Positions 32,769-38,977 of a stretch of 38,977 nt of DNA are shown in pieces. The notes under the pieces are model-generated. The model saw only the letters and a list, made by a program, of their open reading frames with translations, was not told the DNA's origin and did not search any database. How positions within the stretch are numbered: position 1 is the first letter of the stretch; every line of letters begins with the position of its first letter. The stretch lies in the IMG/VR virus record IMGVR_UViG_3300045988_170240. The stretch is one strand, 5' to 3'. Position numbers and translations under genes: made by a program. Origin of the DNA: a virus.

Positions 32769-33254
32769 TTAGATGAGTTCTTCGTCCGCGGTATCAGCGG
32801 TCGTGTCCACGTCCAGGTCCTGATTCGGCTGGCCTTCAACTTCCGAGAGCAGTACGCTGGCGAGCTCAAGCTCAAGCTCAGCGATGCGATGGCGCAGCTG
32901 CAGTTCACGGGAATCGGGGTTCATGTTGAGGCGGGCGCTGGCGGTGGTCAGGGCCTTGGACGCCCTCGTTTCGCGAGCCTTGGCCTTTTCGAGGGCCTGG
33001 GCGGGCGTAAGGGCGACACGGGGCTTGCGATTGGCAGCAGCGGCGGCCTTCTTGGCTTCGAATTCATCAGCGGTACCGATGCGATAGACGCCGTTTTCGT
33101 CAGCCATGGGATACTTGCCCATGAGGCGAAGCTGGGCGAAAATCGTGCCGCGGCTCTTGTTGGAAATACCGACCGTCTCTTCGATGATTTCGTTGGTGGC
33201 GCCGCCCTGTTCGATGAGCCAAAGGGTGTGTTCGCGCTTGTTCTGAAATTCCAT
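32769..33254 (-). CDS. HTH DNA-binding protein (161 aa) with an Ala/Lys-rich coiled C-terminal region
   Basis: N-terminal HTH-like TNEIIEETVGISNKSRGTIFAQL; RBS CAGGAGC. Confidence 0.45.
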   Translation of the reverse strand: MEFQNKREHTLWLIEQGGATNEIIEETVGISNKSRGTIFAQLRLMGKYPMADENGVYRIGTADEFEAKKAAAAANRKPRVALTPAQALEKAKARETRASKALTTASARLNMNPDSRELQLRHRIAELELELASVLLSEVEGQPNQDLDVDTTADTADEELI

Positions 33255-33273
33255 GATAATGCTCCTGTGTTTG

Positions 33274-33334
33274 TTTTAAATGCATTGTGCACTTGATGTA
33301 AATTTAATATGCCTCAATTTCATCTTGATGTAAA
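33274..33334 (-). promoter_or_regulatory. Tandem sigma70-like promoters sharing the -35 element TTTACATCAAG (P1 33306-33334: TTTACA-17-CATATT; P2 33274-33302: TTTACA-17-TTAAAA)
   Basis: Direct repeat cttgatgtaaa on the + strand at 33292-33302 and 33324-33334. Confidence 0.4.
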
Positions 33335-33390
33335 CCCTTTTTTCACCATTTTTAGAAAAATTTTCTCTGGTGTAGGGTTCCAAAGTTATG

Positions 33391-33804
33391 TTACTCCTCA
33401 GTAACATTAGGCAAAAGAGCGGTGTATTCATCCAAAAGACGCTTGAGATCGGGATCTTGCTCTGCCATGTTATAGCACATTTCAAGGAACTTGGACTCGG
33501 TCAGCCGAGTTTCCATGGCCTTTCTGAGCGCGGTCATACGGAACAAAAAGTTTCGCGCCGCGTTCACATCTGCAACATGATTGGTAACATTACAGATGAG
33601 AAACGCCGAAGCCTTTTCCTTATACTCAAAGCCATCTGCCACAACCTTGACGATCTTATAACCATCGTGGCATTCAGCTACCACCAGGTCGCCAATGTTG
33701 CACTTGAATGTGGCCTGATATGAGTATACTTTATCGGACATATGGTCAGAATCGGTTCCTTCCGCGTACTTGAAGAACCTTACGCCGTAATAATAGAGCT
33801 TCAT
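33391..33804 (-). CDS. Hypothetical protein (137 aa)
   Basis: ORF whose start overlaps the stop of the upstream gene. Confidence 0.5.
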   Translation of the reverse strand: MKLYYYGVRFFKYAEGTDSDHMSDKVYSYQATFKCNIGDLVVAECHDGYKIVKVVADGFEYKEKASAFLICNVTNHVADVNAARNFLFRMTALRKAMETRLTESKFLEMCYNMAEQDPDLKRLLDEYTALLPNVTEE

Positions 33805-34022
33805 ACCTCAGTTACCTCTTTGGTGTTAACGTTGATTGCGCCCCACGCCCAGGTGTGGTAATCGTCATCTTCAGCAGAGCCGAAAGTACACATACCACAC
33901 ATGCAAGTATCATACACCTCGTCAGGGTTGTCGTCATCAAGCCAGGCTACAGTACCTAGCTTACCACAGACAATACAATACCTTTCCAGGTTGACATATG
34001 CGTAATCTTGTTGAGCTTTCAT
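33801..34022 (-). CDS. Small zinc-ribbon-like protein (73 aa; CIVCGK...CMCGMC)
   Basis: Two Cys pairs read in translation. Confidence 0.45.
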   Translation of the reverse strand: MKAQQDYAYVNLERYCIVCGKLGTVAWLDDDNPDEVYDTCMCGMCTFGSAEDDDYHTWAWGAINVNTKEVTEV

Positions 34023-34024
34023 CG

Positions 34025-35164
34025 CTACTCCTCCGTATCTGCCACAGATGCAAAGACAGTCGCCGCGTCTCGAGTGAGGCTTATAGTAGGACGTGGGTCA
34101 GACGCAGGCACAATAGATGCCGCGCCGTACTCAGTCTGATAGAGCTTGTTGAATTCAGGGTCAGTCTTAAGGCCCTTAACCAGCTTTTCAATGGCCGCTA
34201 CAGACTTGAGGTCGGCGTCAAACAGCTCACCGGCATCGATGCCCTTTTGTTCCATGAACTGAATGACACGATCAGAAGATACAGACCACTTGCGTGACCC
34301 TCGTCCCTGAACGACCTTGTAACCTGGGATAGCTTCTGCCCCCTTCAGATAACATTGGGTACGCACATAGTCCTTGACAGCCTTAATGGCGTTTTCAAGA
34401 GACGGAATCTTGGCATAGAATTCCGCGATCTTCTTATGGTCTACGCGCTGCGCCTCAATATCCGCGTACATTGCGAAGGCTTCAGCGGCCTGCTGATTGA
34501 CCTGGGCATGGCGTGCAGGACACACAGCATTGGCTCTGCACCACCTGCATGCGTCAAGAGATGGCCTAAGCACAGGATTGTCAATCCGTTCTGCCGTTCT
34601 GAGAGCCGGCGAAAGAACGGACTTGTACCAGTTATCCACGTACTCTCGTGTTACAGTCTGGTAATCGAAGTTGTCGAGGCGAGGCTGCGCGACATGCACA
34701 GTCACCTGGTTGATAGACGGAAACTTTTCCAACAACAACCACGCATATGCCAGAAACTGAGGATTGTCCAGCACAGCCACATGCACGCCGCCGCCAAACT
34801 TCCAGTCAATGATATGTGCTGCTGACGTGGTAGGATTGATCAGCACCACGTCAGCAGTACCAGCCACGTCTGTTTCAACAGCGGAAATCATATACATTTC
34901 AGTAAAGATCGCACTGTTGTTGTCACGAATGGACGTGAGGTAGTCCATGCACCGTTCCAAGAGGACCTTGTAATCAGTGCGCACATCAGGCATGACACCG
35001 GAATCAATGTACTGCTCCATATAACTGTGGAGCATAGTCCCTTCAGCAGCATAAGGAGAGGTTGGAAGTTGCTCAATTCCTTCGCTCATGAAAACAGAAC
35101 CTGGGCATGCAATGATGCGAGACAATTGAGACGGGGAATACTTGGCGTGCTTTGCATTACTCAT
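34025..35164 (-). CDS. PD-(D/E)XK exonuclease with C-terminal Cys cluster (Cas4/RecB-like, 379 aa)
   Basis: Motif IIDWKFG ((D/E)xK) and C-terminal CRWCRANAVCPA; RBS AAAGGAG. Confidence 0.55.
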   Translation of the reverse strand: MSNAKHAKYSPSQLSRIIACPGSVFMSEGIEQLPTSPYAAEGTMLHSYMEQYIDSGVMPDVRTDYKVLLERCMDYLTSIRDNNSAIFTEMYMISAVETDVAGTADVVLINPTTSAAHIIDWKFGGGVHVAVLDNPQFLAYAWLLLEKFPSINQVTVHVAQPRLDNFDYQTVTREYVDNWYKSVLSPALRTAERIDNPVLRPSLDACRWCRANAVCPARHAQVNQQAAEAFAMYADIEAQRVDHKKIAEFYAKIPSLENAIKAVKDYVRTQCYLKGAEAIPGYKVVQGRGSRKWSVSSDRVIQFMEQKGIDAGELFDADLKSVAAIEKLVKGLKTDPEFNKLYQTEYGAASIVPASDPRPTISLTRDAATVFASVADTEE

Positions 35165-35396
35165 CGAGAAGCTCCTTTAGTTCTAACATGTTATATACAG
35201 CAGGAATTGCTATACTTTCAAGGTTATCGTTGTGAAGATAGAAGCCTTGTACCGAGAAGCTGCACAGGCCATAGGCGTCATGCCATGCTAAAAGCAGATC
35301 TCCAACCATGTGTGCCTTATGCGACTTGATCACCCATTTGCTGTTGCCTAGTATATCCTGGCCCCTGCCATTTATTAAATGACATAGGTACAGCAT
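35157..35396 (-). CDS. Hypothetical protein (79 aa from the internal ATG 35396)
   Basis: Start overlaps the stop of the upstream membrane-protein gene as TGATG. Confidence 0.35.
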   Translation of the reverse strand: MLYLCHLINGRGQDILGNSKWVIKSHKAHMVGDLLLAWHDAYGLCSFSVQGFYLHNDNLESIAIPAVYNMLELKELLDE

Positions 35397-35545
35397 CAGT
35401 AGTCCTCCAGCATACCGCCGAAAATGGTGAGACCGATGCCTACACCTAGGCTCAGCGCCTGCCCATGCTGGCTCATGTCGCATGTGAATGCCAGTATAAT
35501 GAGGAGAACGCCAATGGACGAGAAGAAAAATCGGAGGTTAGTCAT
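35396..35545 (-). CDS. Small two-TM membrane protein (49 aa from ATG 35545, RBS AGAGGTG)
   Basis: Hydrophobic segments FFFSSIGVLLIILAF and ALSLGVGIGLTIFGGML. Confidence 0.4.
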   Translation of the reverse strand: MTNLRFFFSSIGVLLIILAFTCDMSQHGQALSLGVGIGLTIFGGMLEDY

Positions 35546-35668
35546 GAGGATAACACCTCTTAAGTACGATCGGCGCAATGACTGCTAAGAAGGCACCACG
35601 CCAATCATTAATGAAAATATACGCCACTGCCGCGCTGTGAAACGCCACGAATGAGAGCCGAGTCCAGT

Positions 35669-35958
35669 TTACCATAGACATATCCTGCACGCCTTTGCCA
35701 CGGAATGGGCCTTCTGATTGTCCAAATGATGGAGCTGAAGCAGAAAATAATGCTGCAGGCCTCCGCCTATACGTCCCCAGGTGTCTTCATCTGCGCGCTG
35801 TTGGAGCGCTGCAACATGCTTAGAATAAGGACAATTGTAGCCTTCTGCCTCAGGAATAGAATTCCAGACTGCAGATTGATCATCCATTGGTTCTAAGGCC
35901 ATATGCGTATAAAACTGAATTTGCGCCCGTTCTTCCATTGTCAGATTCGTGCTATTCA
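35669..35958 (-). CDS. Hypothetical protein (96 aa from ATG 35958, RBS AGGAGG)
   Basis: ORF with a strong SD sequence. Confidence 0.5.
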
Positions 35959-35991
35959 TAATAAGCCTCCTATTCGTTTCATTCATAAAGA

Positions 35992-36021
35992 TAGAATAGC
36001 ACGAATCTGTTTTGATGTACA
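35992..36021 (-). promoter_or_regulatory. Sigma70-like promoter (-35 TGTACA, 18-bp spacer, -10 TATTCT) sharing the TGTACATCAA element
   Basis: - strand reads TGTACAtcaaaacagattcgttgcTATTCT. Confidence 0.35.
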
Positions 36022-36050
36022 TTGCTATAACATCATTATTTTTAGTTGAT

Positions 36051-38504
36051 TTATTTGGTTATGAACTCTTTAAAGGCTTGGGCTCGTACCTCTTCTAACG
36101 TCCATGGAACCACATAATAGGTTTTAAGAGTGCGACCTGCGCCTATTTGTATAACGCCATCAATAAACCGTGCTGATTTAAAAGGTAAAGTTAACGATTG
36201 TGATACTCCAGTTTGCAAATATTCCATAGCATATCTACGTGCTGCATTCTTTATTGCAGGAAGGCTACCGCGGAAATCAGGCCATCTCATCTGAATAAGA
36301 GTTGTGAGTTGCTTGGCTGTTAGTAGCAATTTAGACGTTTGAACACTACCAATGTCTGCTAGAACGCTTTTTGGGTCAAATGAATCATCAATTGGGAAAC
36401 ACTCTCTCAAGATCATATCGACCTCAGTCATGGCCGTACCCTGTACATTTGACTCATCTAACTGCTTCATTATGTCTTGAGGAAGAATCCAGGGCTGCTT
36501 ACCTTGTGCTACCAATTGCTCAAATTCTAGCTTCATCTGGCGATAAAAGGCGTGCCAATTAAAGTATATGAGGTCCTCAGTATGGATATGTTGGACACGC
36601 ACCCACCACATTTTGCGAGTGCCATTGCGCATCATCCGCTGCTCATAGTCATTGGATGAGCCCAATACAAAGGCCTTGCGCTGGAGTCGTATAGAGTCTG
36701 AAGAGTAGATTGGTGTCACATCCAACCATGCTTTTGACATAATGGCCTTGAACTGGGAGCTAGATTCCTGGAAATTGATGAATCCCTCTGCCTCATCTAT
36801 CACTAAAAAAGATGATGCAGCGAGAGCCAACTGGAAGTCCCGGAGCCCTTTTTCACTGCGTATAACGCTTGTGAGAGACCTAACAAGGTATTTCTTGAGT
36901 GCTTGAGGTACCAGAGACTCGCAAAATGTGGATTTGTATGAGCTCTGAGGCCCGGTCAAATAGAGAAAGCCCTCTGCAGAGTCTATCCCAGTATTGGGAA
37001 AGCAGTTGAGTTTTATTATAAGCATGAATGAGGCATAAAATATGGCTCGTGCCACCTTCAGGTCCTGTGCCTCATCGAATTCTATAAATGTCATGAGTTG
37101 GTCAAGAGTAGGAGACCAGGTGTGAGGTGGCGTGCGTGGCGGAACAGGCAACAGTGGCCGCGTGTTAGTGGAGTATATAGGTGTCAATGAGTCGTCTGAC
37201 TTCAACCACATATCAAAGATATTAGGTTGGATAGCCTGTTCTAACAGCACCTTGCATATGGCCTGCGCTCCCTTAAGAGTGACATGAGAGCTAGGAAACA
37301 TCGACCGCTGTATCATGGTTATGAGATGCGTTTTAAATGTTTTGCCATCAAACGGTCCCATCATATGTGGGAGAATAAAGGGAGAATTGAAGTGCTTTGT
37401 AAGGATCTCCTCATTTCCGGTAATATAATAGTTCTGAAAATCAGAATAGATCTTGAGGTCATAATACTTCATAAAGTAAAGATAGTTATCTATCGCCTCA
37501 ATATCTGGGATTCTGGCACCTTTTGTTGTTTGTTTCATAACAGGGAACTGCATTCTTAGCTCTTGAGCGAGAGCAAAAATTGTAGCTTTAGTCAGGTATC
37601 TATCATGAGGGATAGCGTTAAATGACGACCATTTTTGAATACATGAATCGCTACCAGTATAATGTGTGGGGTCTGTAGCGGACCATTCATCAAATGACAT
37701 AGCCGCTTTCATTGTCAACTTTTGTGAAACTGATGAATGTAAGGCCATCCCGATTGACAACCAAAAGTCATAATGCTCATATGTACGACCAGTTAAGGCT
37801 TCCCATGCGAGCTTGACTTTAGGTGATTGATTTAAGGGAATAAGTTTCAGTGCTTGAATTAGCTCTTCAAATTCCTCAGGTGAGTCAATGGTTGCAGTGG
37901 AGTTGGTAGTAGTAGAAGGTATGAGAGCGGTTTTACGGGCTTGTGCGCGTTCCTCATATGTGGTAGGAAGGTCAGTGATGGCATGAAACTCTTCATCAGT
38001 CAGAACGTGAAGAGTAGGCGAAGAAATTGGCGCCACCTTCCCTGTCACAACCATGAAATTGCTATGAATTGATGTTTGCCCTTCGCCCAGTGCAGTTTGA
38101 ACGGGATGCTTGCAATATGCTGGATATTGAAATGACTTATTCTGGTACAGGTAGTATAGGTGCAGTTTATTGTTTAAAGAAAACTCTGTATACGTATTGG
38201 GGAGAAGAGAGGTAAGAGTTGGGTCATGCTGGTCAAGATACCGCTGACAAATTTGAGGATCATCTAAATCCACTACAATCAGTTGATTATAGATGGATGT
38301 AAAGATTCCTGCGTTAAATGTCGGATGCTCTGTCAGGAATGGGAGCAGAGAGATAAGAGTTTGACCGGTTTCACTACGCGGAGCATCTTGAGGGTTTGCC
38401 CACAGAGGGACCTTAGCCTGTGGCGAATTATCCGCGCCAGTGGATCGTGTCCAATTTGGAATAGACGCTAGAGTAGCAGGGATATTTTGTGTATTAATGG
38501 CCAT
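36051..38504 (-). CDS. Putative DNA primase/helicase (817 aa) with a degenerate P-loop
   Basis: Walker-B-like LVIDEAEGF; P-loop-like LTGPQSSYKST; size and position typical of phage primase-helicases. Confidence 0.45.
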   Translation of the reverse strand: MAINTQNIPATLASIPNWTRSTGADNSPQAKVPLWANPQDAPRSETGQTLISLLPFLTEHPTFNAGIFTSIYNQLIVVDLDDPQICQRYLDQHDPTLTSLLPNTYTEFSLNNKLHLYYLYQNKSFQYPAYCKHPVQTALGEGQTSIHSNFMVVTGKVAPISSPTLHVLTDEEFHAITDLPTTYEERAQARKTALIPSTTTNSTATIDSPEEFEELIQALKLIPLNQSPKVKLAWEALTGRTYEHYDFWLSIGMALHSSVSQKLTMKAAMSFDEWSATDPTHYTGSDSCIQKWSSFNAIPHDRYLTKATIFALAQELRMQFPVMKQTTKGARIPDIEAIDNYLYFMKYYDLKIYSDFQNYYITGNEEILTKHFNSPFILPHMMGPFDGKTFKTHLITMIQRSMFPSSHVTLKGAQAICKVLLEQAIQPNIFDMWLKSDDSLTPIYSTNTRPLLPVPPRTPPHTWSPTLDQLMTFIEFDEAQDLKVARAIFYASFMLIIKLNCFPNTGIDSAEGFLYLTGPQSSYKSTFCESLVPQALKKYLVRSLTSVIRSEKGLRDFQLALAASSFLVIDEAEGFINFQESSSQFKAIMSKAWLDVTPIYSSDSIRLQRKAFVLGSSNDYEQRMMRNGTRKMWWVRVQHIHTEDLIYFNWHAFYRQMKLEFEQLVAQGKQPWILPQDIMKQLDESNVQGTAMTEVDMILRECFPIDDSFDPKSVLADIGSVQTSKLLLTAKQLTTLIQMRWPDFRGSLPAIKNAARRYAMEYLQTGVSQSLTLPFKSARFIDGVIQIGAGRTLKTYYVVPWTLEEVRAQAFKEFITK

Positions 38505-38779
38505 TAATTACGCTCCATGGCTTCGAAAATGTCAGACATAAAAGCAGGGATAAAGGTCTCGCAAAGCTCTGTCATTAACGCTCCTTGGATTGCCTGATAT
38601 GGCTTAAGAAATGGGTAAATACGATACCTATCTACTTTCAGATATGCTGCAATATTAGAGACAGGGAATCCCGCAGCATAAAGACAAACGGCTAATTTTT
38701 GGTCTCTGTCATCAAGTACGGGGGTTGTGCTCTTGATATTTTTTATTACTGCCAGAATTTCAGAACGCGTCATACCCAT
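38504..38779 (-). CDS. Small HTH protein resembling sigma-70 region 4 (91 aa); first gene of the right-end early operon
   Basis: LDDRDQKLAVCLYAAGFPVSNIAAYLKVDRYRIY fits the region-4/ECF-sigma HTH pattern; stop overlaps the primase start as TAATG. Confidence 0.4.
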   Translation of the reverse strand: MGMTRSEILAVIKNIKSTTPVLDDRDQKLAVCLYAAGFPVSNIAAYLKVDRYRIYPFLKPYQAIQGALMTELCETFIPAFMSDIFEAMERN

Positions 38780-38827
38780 GATTTTTTTTCCTGTGTTGAT
38801 GGTGAAATTAATAGCCTTTATAAAAAC

Positions 38828-38856
38828 ATCTTAACAAATTTTTATTATGATGTACA
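38828..38856 (-). promoter_or_regulatory. Right-end early promoter (-35 TGTACA, 17-bp spacer, -10 TAAGAT), 2 bp inside the right terminal repeat boundary
   Basis: - strand reads TGTACAtcataataaaaatttgtTAAGAT; shares TGTACATCA with the other - strand promoters. Confidence 0.4.
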
Positions 38857-38858
38857 TA

Positions 38859-38977
38859 CTTTTTTTTTATTTAAGTATTTCAACCCTTTATCGGGCGCTC
38901 AGTTAATTCAGGTAGTTACGGAGAATACAATAATTTCAGGTATTTAAAAATGCTTAGTTAAATCAGGTGCTTTGGAC
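38859..38977. repeat. Right direct terminal repeat, identical to 1-119
   Basis: Exact match to the window start. Confidence 0.85.

Noticed and set aside
1-38977. Search for a phage RNA polymerase, integrase/repressor lysogeny module, tRNAs or transposase
   Set aside because: No ORF of the right size or motif content for T7-type RNAP. No tyrosine or serine recombinase motifs. No cloverleaf-like tRNA candidates noticed by eye. A tRNAscan-type search would be needed to fully exclude tRNAs.

Overview
The window appears to be a complete linear dsDNA phage genome of about 38.86 kb. It is bounded by 119-bp direct terminal repeats (1-119 = 38859-38977). Structural-gene order is T7-like (terminase, portal, scaffold, capsid, tail tube, internal virion proteins, collagen-like tail fibres, fibre-assembly chaperone, lysis) but there is no phage RNA polymerase gene.

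Genome organisation:
- Left end (1-3075): terminal and internal repeats, a leftward HTH regulator gene, and a ~900-bp non-coding leader with 23-bp iterons and a long GNRA-capped hairpin. A strong sigma70-type promoter (1922-1950) then drives two tiny hyper-acidic genes whose coding strand contains no cytosine for 475 nt (1960-2434).
- + strand 3076-24111: late packaging, head, tail and lysis operon.
- - strand 38779-24002: a sigma-region-4-like HTH protein, primase/helicase, PD-(D/E)XK/Cas4-like exonuclease, nucleotide-metabolism genes (ThyX, dCMP deaminase, MazG-like, dATP/dGTP PPase-like), SSB, phospholipase-A2-like protein, family-A DNA polymerase, VRR-NUC, ATP-dependent ligase and an SNF2 helicase.

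Most notable observations:
- The C-free early acidic gene pair (1960-2434).
- A 2-kb cassette between the fibre chaperone and the lysozyme, bracketed by 32-bp direct repeats, carrying a CCC-motif membrane protein and an RD-repeat protein.
- Clusters of the palindrome AGTTCTATAGAACT at the early/late and replication/lysis boundaries.
- A GNAT acetyltransferase sitting in the internal-virion-protein position.

No tRNA, CRISPR array, integrase or transposase was seen.
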